DNA from: Octopus sinensis
Lineage: Eukaryota
Reading direction: 5' to 3'
Assembly: GCF_006345805.1 (NCBI RefSeq)
Contig: NC_042998.1
Location: 26,784,001 to 26,848,000 of the forward strand
Length of the DNA stretch: 64,000 bases
Shown here: positions 38,613-52,287 of the stretch, piece by piece
Layout of the letters: the number at the start of each line of letters is the position of its first letter
Position numbering within the stretch: the first letter of the stretch is position 1
Translations under genes and position numbers: made by a program
The notes under the pieces: model-generated
What the model was told of the DNA's origin: nothing
Database searches by the model: none
The model's input: only the letters and a program-made list of their open reading frames with translations

Positions 38613-39489
38613 GTAATTTGGAGCGGGTACAAGTTGATTACACTGCCCCCAGTGTGAGCACTGGTATTTATTTTATCGACCCCGAAAGGATGAAAGGCAA
38701 AGTCAAGCTCAGTGGAATTTGAACTTAGAATGTAATGATGGATGAAATACCGCTATGCATTTTGACTGGCACACTAATAATTCTACCAGCTCATTACCTT
38801 CACAACCATCATTAATATTAAAATAAAGCTCACAGGTCAGGAAAATCCTGATAGTGGGATCATGTAACACAGTACTACTTGTATCATGATCAGGTGATCA
38901 GTGACTAAACTAACTCGCCTACCTGGCTTGTCAGGTGAGAAGGATGTTGTGGACACACTCTGCTGGACTAAAAACAAAACCCGACAAAGGAAAAATGATC
39001 TCATTGTAAGCCAATGGCCCCCCCATATGAGTGATGTTGCATAAAAACATCCAGCACATAGACTGGAAAACTATGCAGCTGATCCAAGACCATACCCATG
39101 AAAACTACAAAGAAGGACATACTGACAACTTCTAACCTGGCTTAACTTCACCCAGTTGAATAAGGTCACAGTCAGACATGGGTAACACCTGCAGACCTAG
39201 TGAAAAATAGGTTTACAAAAGTCAACAACCACAACAAGCCTTGGATTCTTCCAAAACCAGCTCGCCCTCTGATCAAGCCTAGACTCTTCTGATCTCCTTC
39301 ATTACTCATATCTTTTTTTATCTTTTATTTGTTTCATTCATTCAAATGTGGCCATGCTGGGGCACCACCTTCAAGAATTTTTAGTTGACTGCATCGACCC
39401 CAGTGCTTATCTTTTAAAAGCCTGGTACTTATTTTACTGGTCTCTTTTACTGAACACACCAACACCAGTTTTCAAGCAGTAATAGGGAA

Positions 39490-40984
39490 CAGACACACAC
39501 ACACATAAAAGATGGGCTTCAGTTTCCATCTAACAAATCCACTCACAAGGCTTTGTTCAGCCTAAGGCTATAGTAGAAAACACTTGCCCAAGGTGGAATG
39601 GAACCCAGAACCATGTGGTTGAGGAGCAAGCTTCTTACCACACAGCCATCCTTGAACTTAGTTTGGAGACAAGACAGACTGGCCACAGAAACAGACAACT
39701 TAGTTTGGAGACAAGACAGACTGGCCACAGAAACAGACAGACTTGGCATCACAGCTTTGGCTTTCAAGAACATAGAATTATATACAAGGAGAAAGTCTGA
39801 TATCTGGACACATTCAAGGGCTACCAGATGATGCACTCTACAGTTGTGACACTGGTAATGGCGGCATTGGTTTCCTGGCCATTCCCTGTGCCTATGCATC
39901 CTTAGAATCTGTTACATCCATTTCTCAGCAAGTACTTGTCTCCACATTTTCCAGCAGTAACAAATCTCAGAAGTCATGACCTAAACCAAATATTATCATT
40001 TGCTACTCACCAAACTGTACATACAGCAAAACAAGAAGACATAAATATCTTCGATGATGACATGCAGCCACCTGTGATGATCAATGAAACTCTTTCCTAG
40101 TTATCCTCGATGACTGGAATGCACATCTACAGGTCTCACCACAAAATCTATGGACATTTTCAGACAAACCAAAAAGAAATTCTGAAAACTTCTCAGACTT
40201 TCTGTCAGGAAACACACTCTTCTATGCAAACACAGCTTTCCACAAGCACCATGGGAAACTTTTCACGCACAAAGGCCCACACAAAATACTATTACAAACT
40301 GGATACATAGTCTGTCATCAAAAGTATCATAAGTCTATTGAAGACTGCTATGCCTATACATTTCCTCCATTCAGATCAGATCATCACATCCCGATTGCTA
40401 CAATATAACTCAGTCCCCATTCAAATCAACCAGCGAGTAAAAGCTCACCTGATCCTCCTTGTCCAACCCAGATACCTCCACTTCCATTGTTATAACATCC
40501 AAAAAACAGATATACCAAACTCAGTGTAGAACCTTCTGACTGCTTAGAAGAATACACCACATTTTCAAAGCCTATGCTACTGAGCAACATGTACCCGTTG
40601 TGCTACTCTCAAAGAAGAAAACTCCTTGGTAAGATGCCAAAATTCAGGAAGCCCGGAGCAGTCTGGCAGTTGTGAAACAAGCAAATCAGTGGAACAAAAT
40701 TTCTGCAACATTAAATACTGTAGCAGCTTCATCCTTAGCCTTGGCTGAGCAACAAACTGCAGACCAAAATGCCAAGTCTGTTTGTTTCTGTGGCCAGTCT
40801 GTCTTGTCTTCAAACTAAGTTCAAGGATGGCTGTGTGGTAAGAAGCTTGCTTCTCAACCACATGGTTCTGGGTTCCGTTCCACCTTGGGCAAGTGTTTTC
40901 TACTATAGCCTCAGGCTGAACAAAGCCTTGTGAGTGGATTTGTTAGATGGAAACTGAAGCCCATCTTTTATGTGTGTGTGTCTG
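39490..40984. repeat. inverted duplication 39490-39748 / 40770-40984
   Basis: SINE A fragment with shared private deletions plus adjacent non-SINE sequence, in opposite orientation. Confidence 0.88.
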
Positions 40985-41750
40985 TTGAAGAGCAAATAGA
41001 CAGAAGACAACAGAAAAATTACCACAGATTCGAAAGCCATTAACAACCTGTCTGGTCACAAATTTAAATCAGCATCAAAAGAAAGGCAAGTAACTCACAA
41101 GATCGATTGGCTGGATGGAAATCCCACTTTGAAAAGAAGCTCGACAACAATACAACTCCCACAGGCAATTTTATAATGACACCAATCTCACGCTGCTTAC
41201 CAATATTCTAATTGACAAAATCACCTTCGATGAAGCACTGATTGCTGCTAAACATTTCAAGACTGGCAAATCTTGTGGTGCAGACGGTGTGCTTCCAGAA
41301 GTTCTTCGAAGTCCTAAGATACTTCTTTTACTTTTTCAGATTATAAATTTAGAAAGCACCACAACTGTCATGGGTCATGCTACTGTGGAACCTGTTCTCC
41401 TGTACAGCTCTGAATACTAGTCTCTTACAGGGGCCCAATATCAATTACTAATTGGCACATAGACCCAAATTCTGTGCAAGGCTTTTAGCATCTCTTATGC
41501 TGACCTTATATTGAGCAGGCCTTTATATGGGTCTTTACTGCCCAGCAGCAAGACAATCAAACAAAGACAGTGAAAGTTTACAAGCCACTGTTTGTGTTGG
41601 ACAGATCAAACAGTCATTGTACTTTTTTTACAACCTCATGCAAACATGCAAGCCTGATGATTTGGCCCACATTATTTACATCCATGAACTTATGCAGGAC
41701 ACAAGGCCGTACACTGTCTCAGTGCTGGCTTGTGCAATGTCCTCTCATAC
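39900..41750 (+). pseudogene. decayed, internally deleted RTE-like LINE (APE endonuclease and RT-flanking pieces)
   Basis: 40100: VILDDWNAHL...NTAFHK...KLFTHKGP...SIEDCYAY...RSDHH; about 41220: FDEALIAAKHFKTGKSCGADGVLPEVL; about 41390: EPVLLYSSE. Confidence 0.8.
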
Positions 41751-42064
41751 AGTTTGTAGGGTAATTTGCTCTCGAGTTGAAATCAATGTTCACAAGTGAT
41801 GTGGCATAGACTTAAAGAACAATTTCACTATAAAAAATATCAATCTATTTTCTTTTTTTTTTTTTTGGTTCACAAGAGAAATTCTAAGAATAATGATTTC
41901 AATGATAAGCAGAGCCATTACTTCATAATGAGAATTCCATTGATTCAGTGACTTTAAAATATTTACAATAATGCAGCAACTAATCAACACACAACATATA
42001 TTTAGCAATTTCTATCTTTCTAACAATGAAATCTTACTTTCTTCCAGCATTTCTACATAGATTC

Positions 42065-44270
42065 CTCATCATCGTTTAATGTCCGCTTTCCATGCTAGCA
42101 TGGGTTGGACGATTTTGACTGAGGGCTGGCAAACCAGATGGCTGCACCAGGCTCCAATCTTGATCTGGCAGAGTTTCTACAGCTGGATGCCCTTCCTAAC
42201 GCCAATCACTCCGAGAGTGTAGTAGGTGCTTTTTACGTTCCACTGGCACGAGGGCCAGTCAGGCGGTACTGGCAACGACCTTGCTCAAATCTTTTTACAC
42301 ATGCCACCAGCACAGGTGCCAGTAAGGCGGCGTTGGTAATGATCATGCTCGAATGGTGCCCTTTTATGTGCCACCGGCACGGAAGCCAGTTTTAGCAATG
42401 TGTGTAATACATCCACAAGAAAATACCCATGGGGTTTATGAAGTTTGCTTCACAAATACACGGTTATGAGTTCAATCTCATTTCATGGCTCAATGGGGAA
42501 GTATCTTCTACGATAGCCTTGTGTTGACAAATGCTTTGTATGTGAAAGTTAGTAGACACAAGCTGTACAACAGCCTGTCAAATGTCTGTGTGTGTGTATA
42601 TGTGTGTGCACGTGTTTGCTTCCATATGATTGCACATTGACATCTGCTTGTGGAGCAGTGTCAAATGTTTGTCTCCTATGAACTAAATGCCTGGCTCACT
42701 AGTTTAACATATGTTGATCACTTAAATGAAGTACCTTACTAGAAAACAAGGACTGACATCAGGAACGGCATCTGACTATAGAATGTTTATTTCTTTCTTG
42801 CACACAGGGGGCTAAACATAGAGGGGACAAACAAGGACAGACAAAGGGATTAAGTTAAGTTTATTACATCGACCCCAGTGTGTAACTGGTACTTATTTAA
42901 TCAACCCCAAAAGGACGAAAGGCAAAATCAACCTCTGCAGAATTTGAACTCAGAACATAACAGCAGACGAAATACCTATTTCTTTACTACCCACAAGGGG
43001 CTAAACGTAGAGAGGACAAACAAGGACAAATGGATTAAGTCGATTATATCAACCCCAGTGCGTAACTGGTACTTATTTAATCGACACCAAAAGGATGAAA
43101 GGCAAAGTCAACCTCGGCAGAATTTGAACTCAGAACGTAGCGGCAGACAAAATACTGCTAAGCATTTCACCCCGTATGCTAATGTTTCTGCCAGCTTGCC
43201 CTGACTATAGAATATTGCCTCAACTGATGGGAAACAGATAGAAAAACATTGGAAACAGATAGAAAAACATTGGGAAACAGATAGAAAAATGATGCTGATG
43301 ATGACAACATTAACAACATAGATGTTGGTTCATTTTATGTCGGAGTAAAAGATATTTAGTGATAATTCACAGAGCCAAACAGATTCAGCCTTTGTTGTTG
43401 AAAGATGATATTTGATGCATTCTCAACAAGAAGTGTGTCACAGCATCCGAACAAACCAGGAACTGCTGAGTTGATCAGAGGAGAAAGATGAGGGAGATGA
43501 AATTTGTTGGCAAATAGGGGAAAGGAAAAAAGGAAAATGATGCATTGGCCACTTCTGGACTGACCCATGAATGATGTAGTGGTCATTATTCATATGGATG
43601 AACAAATGAAATAATTAAACTGTTAAATCAATATTGTAGCTTCCAAATAGTCACGAGAGATCCTTGATAGGCATAACATGGGAGTTGATATTGTTTAGCC
43701 CAAGGAAGCTCAGTTCTGATTGAGCAAATTTATGATCATAGATTTGCCAGCCATATCACTTCATCATGGTTTCAGGTTCTGTTTATCTAGACTCATCATC
43801 ATCATCATTGTTTAACGTCTGCTTTCCATGCTGGCATGGGTTGGACAGTTTGACTTGGGGACTGGCCAGTCAGTAGGCTGCACCAGGGTCCAATCTGATC
43901 TGGCAAGGTTTCTACAGCTGGATGCTTTTCCTAACACCAACCACTCTGTGAATGTAGTGAGCGCTTTTTACATCCCACCAGCACAAGGGCCAGTCAGGCA
44001 GTACTGGCACTGACCATGTTTGAATGGTGCTTTTTATGTGCTACCGGCATGGGAGCCACTCAGGGGGCACTGACATCGACCACATTCAGATGGTGTTTTT
44101 TATTTTCCACTGGCACAGAAGCCAGTTAGGGGGGCACTGACATCAACCATGTTCAGATGGTGCTTTTTATGTGCCACCAGCATGGGAGCCAATCAGCGGG
44201 CACTGACATTGGCCACATTCGCATGGAGCTTTTTACACGTCACCAGCACAGGGAGCCAGTCAGATTACAT
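42065..44270 (-). mobile_element. RTE 3' ends (about 42065-42392, 43795-44270) and tandem SINE B pair (about 42790-43200)
   Basis: family-diagnostic motifs and (CAT)n tails. Confidence 0.8.
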
Positions 44271-44842
44271 CATGCAATTCATCTTTCTCTCTCTCTCTCA
44301 CAAGACTCAAGCGTAATTTGTGAGAAATTTGGCTGCAAATCAAACAATCATGTAGAGGCTCATTTATTGACCCAATAAAGAGTAGATAGAAGTGTCTGTC
44401 TGTGTGAGTGTGAATAAATGTGGTGTATTTGCATCATTTTGCAATTAAAAGTGTTAGGCAATGACACTGACAGTGAGATTAAGCTTTTGATATCTCAGTC
44501 AGGCTGAGACCAGCTCTAATATTATGATGCAAAACCACTGATTTTAAAATGTTCATATTGAAACTAAAATCTTTCAGCATAATTTTTTTGTATGAGAATT
44601 TTGTAAATTCATATTCTAAATTGCAGCTACTTAGCAATAAACTTTACTAGTTTATTAAATACAGCTGAATTCTAGACCTCTTTAAGAAAACCATCATCAT
44701 CAACAACAAAATTCATTTTAAAACCTACAGAGAATTTAAACAAAAATATGGAAAGAAAAGGGTTAAGGTTAACCCATTAGCATTCATATTCTGACAAATG
44801 TAATTTTTATTCCTTTACTTTGTTTTGAACTAATCATTTAAA

Positions 44843-45255
44843 AGTTCTTTTCAAGGGCTGGGCCTCAATGAGACAAAGTGGCTGAGTACCTTTCGAGTGT
44901 TTGGACTCATGGAGGCAAAGTTGTTGAGTTCTTTTTGAGTGCTGAGCCTCACGGAGGCAAAGCAGCTGAGTTCCTTTCAAGTGTTGGGCCTCACAGAGGG
45001 AAAGCGGCCAAGTTCCTTTCGAGCGTTGGGCCTCACGGAGGCAAAATGGCTGGGTTCCTTTCAAGTGTCAGGCCTCGTAGAGGCAAAGCAGCCGAGTTCC
45101 TTTCGAGTGTTGATCCTCACAGAGGCAAAGTGGCTGAATTCCTTTCAAGAGTCAGGTCTCGCAGAGGCAAAGCGGCCAAGTTCTTTTCAAGCGTTAGGCC
45201 TCATGAAGGCAAAGTGGCTGAGTTCCTTTCAAGCGTTGGGCTTCACAGAGGTAAT
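44843..45255 (+). repeat. 42-bp minisatellite (9 full units plus partial units) derived from the RTE ORF end
   Basis: unit tgggcctcacggaggcaaagcggccgagttcctttcgagcgt; runs directly into the RTE 3' end (45237-45495, (GAT)n tail). Confidence 0.9.
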
Positions 45256-47050
45256 GACTGAGACCTTTTGGCATTATGTTGTGCTTGAGAAGACCTATCA
45301 AGCCAAGCAAGATCGCAGTCATGGCAGATACTGGTGTCATGCAAATGGCACCTGTGCCAGTGGCACATAAAAGCACCCATTACACTCTCAGAGTGGTTGG
45401 TGTTAGGAAGGGCATCTAGCCCTGGTCAAACCATCCAACCCATGCCAGGATGGACAACGGATGTTAAATGATGATGATGATGATGATGATGATGGTGAAT
45501 GTATTGCAAGAAACTGCTAGGTTTCAATGTACAGAAGTGACTGTGTGGAAAACAAAATAGGAATTTTGGAAGAAGTTTCTACGAAACTAGTTTTCAAACA
45601 TCGAATGGCTATGGGTGACCCACTAGAATAAAATAATAAACAAAAGGGGTCCAAAGACGAAAAGAATGGTTGAGAATTACTGGTATGAAACAAGCTGTGG
45701 AATGAGGGACCTGTGATTGTTAATGAGAAAATAGGTGATGATGAGAATGGTGATGGTGATGATGATGATGATGGAGTGGGGGAGAGGCAGATTCCCATAT
45801 TTTGTTTTGAACAATGAACTTAAAATCTTTCTCACACATTATTCAAACAAGTTGTCAGATTTAAGTATTGAGTTACAAATATATAAATTAATAAAAATCT
45901 TTTTATTTTCTGCTTATTCTTTTGATAATATTCCTTTTTTTCTCTGTTTAATGAATTTACACATTTAATGAATTTACAAATTTTCTAATTATCATAAAAC
46001 AAATATAATCTTTATTGTTAATAGGGTTGAAAGTTTTAATTCGATTCTAAAAGCTTACACTTCTTAGCACATCTCTACAGGGCATTTAATAATAAATATA
46101 TAAAAATTAAATAATCTTTGAATAATACATCAAGCACGAATCCTATAAATCTTCCATGGGTGATTCAGTTTCTACTCATATTTCCCTGGAAAATTTTCAT
46201 ACAATTTCTAACAATTTATTGGGTTTTAAAATTTTTCTTTATCTTTCTTTCCTTTTATTTTTATTTTTTAATTTCGGATAAACTAACTTATAATTAGAGA
46301 GTATTGGAGAATAAAATTTGAATGATATGAAACCATACGGGAAATAATTTCATCTATTGAATTATTTTTAAGGGCATAATAAAATGGCACAGGAACAAGA
46401 TTTCTATTCGTAACACTCTTTTTATTATTGCTTGAATTTCCAAATATTTATTTTTCCATTCAGGCCCAACAAATCAATATACAATACTACTGATCTATCA
46501 TTTCAGATATCATATACAAATCTTTCCAGCTTTGAGTTATGTCAGAAATTTAATGCATAATATAAAAATTTATGAGCCAATTTTACAGCTATGGAATTCA
46601 AATGGAACTGACATTCATATATAGATAGTCATATATGAGAGGTAACGGCTCTTCTCTTATAAGAATGATATTAATGCATGAGCATATGTACACATAAATA
46701 TCTAACCATAAACATGCTTGTATACACATATTAAAAGACACCTGAATAAAATTGATGCATGGATATAGAAGAAATGCATTCGAGTTTAGCCAAACACAAA
46801 AATGCTCACAATTAAACACCTAAATAATATTTAATATATGATTATGAAGCTAACATTTACCTGTGTTTTAAAAATAACAATTAACTACTCCTGACAAATA
46901 TGATAATATTATTGTTTTATTAACGATTTTTAAGGTTGTTTTATTTACAGATGATTTTAGAAATATGGAAATATAAGAGAAAGTGTGTATATGTGTGTGA
47001 GAGAGAGAGAGAGGCAGAAAAGAAAGAGCACACACACGTGTGTCTATCTA

Positions 47051-47129
<79 letters not shown>

Positions 47130-48429
47130 CAACAATTGAGGGTAAAATTAATTAATCATCAATCAATTTCACCAAGTATTCAGTATGTAAAGGGACCATT
47201 TAAGGCGAAAATTTTTTTTGGCTGCTATTTCTAATGAGTTCAGTATGTGGCAAAGTAATTTATTTTACTAAGCCCTTTATAAAATGTAATATTTATATAT
47301 ATATATATATATATAATCAGAATGCAAAAGAGTAAAGGAGGGAGAAAGAGAGAGAGAGGGAAAGAGGGGAAAAAGTGACAGAGAGAGAGAAACAGCATCA
47401 ATGGTTGAGTAAATAAGCTAACAGGCAACCAGCTATGATGCCAACGATTTATGAATCGTTGCTGGTGCAGTATTGCATCCATAGCGAAGGCAAATTACCT
47501 CACTCATAATGGGTGAGTCTGTTTAGCTCTAAATAAGAACAGCAAGTGGTGTAATTTACTGATAAAAGCAGCTGGGTGGTTTTTAGGTCTCTGTTCCATT
47601 CTTCCAGTACTTCTAGCAATAGACTGTTGGGAACATTGGTCTCCTTACATGTAATATAAAGGCAGTGAGATGATGGGATTGTTACTGAGTCGAAAAATTC
47701 TTAAAAAGATGCTGTGTGATACTTGCTCCAGTTCTTTACATTCTGAGTTCAAATTTTGTCAATATCTACTTTGCCTGTCATCCCTTCAGGATCAATTAAA
47801 ATAGGGCACCAGTCAAACACTGGGTCGGTTTAATCAACGCCTTCCCCTTAAAATTGCTGGGCTTCTGTCTAAAATTAGAAACTATTTTTAACTAGACAGA
47901 CAGACAGATAGATAGATAAATTGATAAATAGATAGATAGATAGATAGATAGAGAGAGAGATAAATAGACAGATAGATATGTTTCTTTACTGGCCACATAG
48001 GGCTGAACACAGAAGGGACAAAATACAAAGTAGAGCTTTTCTTTTTGGGAAGAAGAAAAAAAAGGGGGGGGGTAGAATTTCGATCAAAAGGGATCGTGGA
48101 AAAAAAAAGTAAAAGGCTGATCAATAGGGACCATGTATCACAGAAATGTCATGATGTAGAAAGGGGAAACAGATTAGGTTTATCCATGGAAAGAAAAACC
48201 TACGGAAAAGACCACGGTAACCTCAGGCAATAATGTTGTGCATTAAAACACATTACAGTAAGTGACTCTCTGTTTTCCTCTCTTTTTTTGGTTCATAGGA
48301 TTATGCTCAAGGTGGCTCCATCATTCACACGTGCCATCCTTGCTACATTCACCCTTCTTTTTTTGAAATATTCACTAGACAAAACTTCCCTCTTCAAGTG
48401 ATACTTGAAAATAAATAAAAGAATAAAAG

Positions 48430-49055
48430 GTGTAGGCATGGCTGTATGGTAAAAAGTTTGCTTCCCAACCACATGGTTCTGGGTTCAGTCCCACTGTGTG
48501 ACACCTTGGGCAAGTGTCTTCTACTATAGCTTTAGGCTGACCAAAGTCTTGTGAATGGATTTGGTGGAGAGAAACTGAAAGAAGCTTGTTGTATATGTGT
48601 CTGTGTGTCAGTTTGTCTCCATCAGCATTTGACAACTGGCGTTGGTCTGTTTACATCCCCATAACTTAGTAGTTTGACAAGAGACAGAATAAATACCTAT
48701 TTCTTTATTACCCACAAGGGGCTAAACACAGAGAGGACAAACAAGGACAGACAAACAGATTAAGTTGATTACATCGACCCCAGTGCGTAACTGGTACTTA
48801 TTTAATTGACCCCAAAAGGATGAAAGGCAAAGTTGACCCAGGCGGAATTTGAACTCAGAATGTAGTGGCAGACGAAATACTGCTAAGCATTTTGCCCGGC
48901 ATGCTAACGTTTCTGCCAGCTCGCTGCCCTTAAAATAATAAATACCAGGCTTAAAAACAATAAGCATTGGAGGTGAATCATTCAGCAAAAAAATTTCTTC
49001 AGGGCATTGCCCCAGCATGGCCACAGTCTAATGACTGACACAAGTAAGAGATAAA
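48430..49055 (+). mobile_element. SINE A interrupted by SINE B (minus, about 48690-48930)
   Basis: SINE A resumes after the SINE B block; agaata(a)atacc repeated on both sides. Confidence 0.8.
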
Positions 49056-49453
49056 AGACAAAACATATAAATGCATATAGAAATTATTCCTGTAATCGCT
49101 AGTGGTCAGTATTAAAAATTGCTTAAGATTGAATTAGTTTCAATTCTGTTGGTAACACTTGACTCTGTGGCAAGCTGAGAGTAAAATCAAAACATGATAT
49201 TGCTGCCAACATTTAAATATATTTAGACAGATAAAATAATGCCTCTTGTAAGATTGATTTTTTTTTCCCTTTTTTTTTAGTTTTTTTTTTTTTTTTTTTT
49301 TTTGGCTTAGCAAGATTCAAATTGACTTTTTCTCAGTTTATTAATCAATAATGGTGAGAATTTCAAAGCATACTAAGATATCAAATATTCTAAAAAGTTT
49401 ATCATTATTAATGGGTTTTTATTTATTTCATACTTCATGATATTTTTTTCTAG

Positions 49454-49529
49454 CCTGTATAATGCAATGAACCTTGTGATCTTTTGGTCTTTCAGACTTG
49501 AAGAATATAATGGCTGGCAGGCGAAAAAA
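49454..49529 (+). CDS. weak candidate exon
   Basis: atttttttctag|...|gtaatt; open LYNAMNLVIFWSFRLEEYNGWQAKK; alternative in-frame acceptor at 49496; phase-compatible with 36807-36890. Confidence 0.2.
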
Positions 49530-50033
49530 GTAATTTTCTAAAATATTTCTCCTTTACTGTTATTCTATTGTTTCATGGTTTTCTATGCTACTCTGTGTAT
49601 TTTGAAGCTAAACCAAATTACTTTCCATTATTGACAAAAAAAAATTAAGCTTTTTTTTTATTATTATTAACAAAAGTTGAAGGTTTTCATTTACTATCAA
49701 TGTTAGTTACTGATGCCCATCAACAATAAAGATGATAATATCCAAATTTCATTCTCTATCAGCAGCATACAATTCCCAGCTATTGTTGAACAAATAATGA
49801 AAAATATTTAATTAAGATATAAGGTAGTTTTCTACTCTACATTTCTGAATAAAGTATATTTAGAGATAATTCCTCACAAAAGTATATTAACAAGCCTTTT
49901 AGTTTAATTAAAATCTATTAAACTTGCTGTAAAGTATTAGAAATTTTTTTTAAATAAAATAAAAACACTGAAACTTCATAGCAATGATATGAACTTCAGA
50001 GAAACTAAGATAATTTTAAGGTATATTCATTAA

Positions 50034-50450
50034 AGGTGGCAAGCTGGCAGAAACGTTAGCACACCAGGTGAAATGCATAGCTGTATGTCGTCTGTCGTTA
50101 CATTCCGAGTTCAAATTCCGCTGAGGTTGACTTTGCCCAAAATCCTTTCGGGGTCGATAAATTAAGTACCAGTTACACACTGGGGTCGATGTAATCGACT
50201 TAATCCCTTTGTCTGTCCTTGTTTGCCCCCTCTGTGTTTAGCCTCTTGTGGGTAGTAAAGAAATAGGTATTTCACCTGTCGTTACGTTCTGAGTTCAAAT
50301 TCCGCCGAGGTCGACTTTGCCTTTCATCCTTTTGGGGTTGATAAATTAAGTACCAGTTACACACTGGGGTCGATGTAATCGACTTAATCCCTTTGTCTGT
50401 CCGTGTTTGTTGCCTCTGTGTTTAGCCCCTTGTGGGTAGTAAAGAAATAT
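50034..50450 (+). mobile_element. tandem SINE B pair
   Basis: head ggtggcaagctggcagaaacgttagc; body and tail repeated. Confidence 0.88.
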
Positions 50451-51234
50451 ATATTCATGAAAGTCTCAGTTTGAAAGACACATTGACATTATTAAAATTT
50501 TTATTGGTTAAATGATTTCATTGGTCACATCATTCTTTTCCATTCAAATTCACTGACAGCCTAAAACTTAAGTAATCAGTTGATTCGATAGAATCTTTCG
50601 ACATTATGAAATGTATAAACAACAGTAGACAACAAGCAATGAAGACAAGGTTAATTTGCTAGTGCAGACTAATGGAGATTCTGAAATTTTCAAACCGAGA
50701 AATTAAGAACCTTCTGGCAATCCTCTCTTCTGTTTCACAGATTCATGATCCCTAGCAAATAAAAACTTTTGATAAAAATAATTTAAAAAAAAAGACCTGT
50801 GATAGAAGAAAATTTGTATAGTGAAACGTGTTCAATAAAGTACAATGTCAGTTTTTCCAAGTTAAACATGTTTTTCCTATAATTACTGACATAAATTAAT
50901 CACCTAGATTGGTTGCTTTTTCTAGCAATTACATCACTTAATTTTATTCCTCAAAATAATCAACCCTCACTTCTCAACTAATTCTAACCGGAATCATATG
51001 CAAACCATTTACCATTATTTCCTTTCAATTTTATCGGAAAACCATATTTTCTTGAAAAGGTCACTAATTTTTAGCAAGTGACTCTTCTTCAAAGTTTCCA
51101 ATCAAGAGATGAGAATTTTTTAAACCACTAATAACTACCCTAATGCATTTCTATTGTCGGAATAGAAGTCTGTACATCTCTCATTTTCACCTAATGCTAC
51201 CAAACTCACAATACTATCTGAAAAAATATCTTTG

Positions 51235-51690
51235 TTTTTTTACTTGTTTTAGTTGTTCCAGTCATTGTGACTGTGACCATACTGGAGCACTGCCTTTAGT
51301 TGAACAAAAGAATACATGTCTATATTCTTTTACTTGTTTCAGTCATTTTACTGTGGCCATGTTGGAGCACCGCCTTTAATCGAACAAAAGAATATATGTA
51401 CATATTCTTTTATCTGTTTCGGTCATTTGTAAGCCTAGTACTTATTCCATCAGTCTCTTTTGTCAAACCACTAAGTTATGTGGATGTAAACACACCAACA
51501 TCGGTTGTCAAGCGATGGTGGAGAGACAAACACAGACACACAAACATATACATATATACAATGGGCTTCTTTCAGTTTCCATCTACCAAATCCACTCACA
51601 AGGCTTTGGTCGGCCTGAGGCTATAGTAGACAACACTTGCCCAAGGTGCTACACAGTGGGACTGAACCTAAAACCATGTGGTTAGGAAGT
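51235..51690 (-). mobile_element. SINE A with reiterated 3' end
   Basis: tttacttgttt...gactgtg(a/g)ccat..tggagcac module repeated before the SINE body. Confidence 0.8.
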
Positions 51691-52079
51691 TAACATACAT
51701 TGAAGCCCTTGCAATTTAATGCCATAAACACCTCCCTCCACACTCACACCCTCCATTTACATTAGATTCTTTGTATTTTATTATTTTTTTTACTCTTTAG
51801 CAATGACTTCTCAACCGAATGTGTCTGAATTGCTAGCAACTCACCACCAGCATGTAACTTGGAGTGAAAATGAAAGATAAATCTGGTAAATTTTGAAGCA
51901 TGTTATGTCACTTGATGAGGCTTACTGCACCATGTGTTACATCTGATGTAATTACATCATCCCACACCCACTAGGGAGCAGTGCAGAATAAAGCCGAAAC
52001 AATTGTTGTGCTAATAAAACTTCTAGTTGCACTTTGTCTTCCGTATCAATCATTTAATATATATACCTACATATATTTA

Positions 52080-52250
52080 TATATAGTTGGAATTTACTGG
52101 AAAACAAAAGACAAAGACAGGTGTATAAACAACAAACAGATGTATTAGTTCAACACTCGGGAAGGTGAGAAAGTCTTTTACATTTCGAGCCTACACTCTT
52201 CAACAGAAAGGAATACGAAGAAATAAACAGAGAGAGAATAAAAAAGCTTT
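52080..52250 (-). mobile_element. Penelope-like remnant with a decayed hammerhead motif
   Basis: minus: ctgTTGAAGAG-tgtagg-CTC-GAAA-tgtaaaagac. Confidence 0.45.
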
Positions 52251-52287
52251 TGGAGCTCACACTCAATAATGGCAGCTTAATATATAT

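Noticed and set aside
43228-43290. About 22-bp triple repeat ggaaacagatagaaaaacatt
   Set aside because: Ordinary short slippage duplication with no further structure
44843-45255. CRISPR-like regular repeats
   Set aside because: No unique spacers, no cas genes, eukaryotic context; the unit derives from an RTE ORF end
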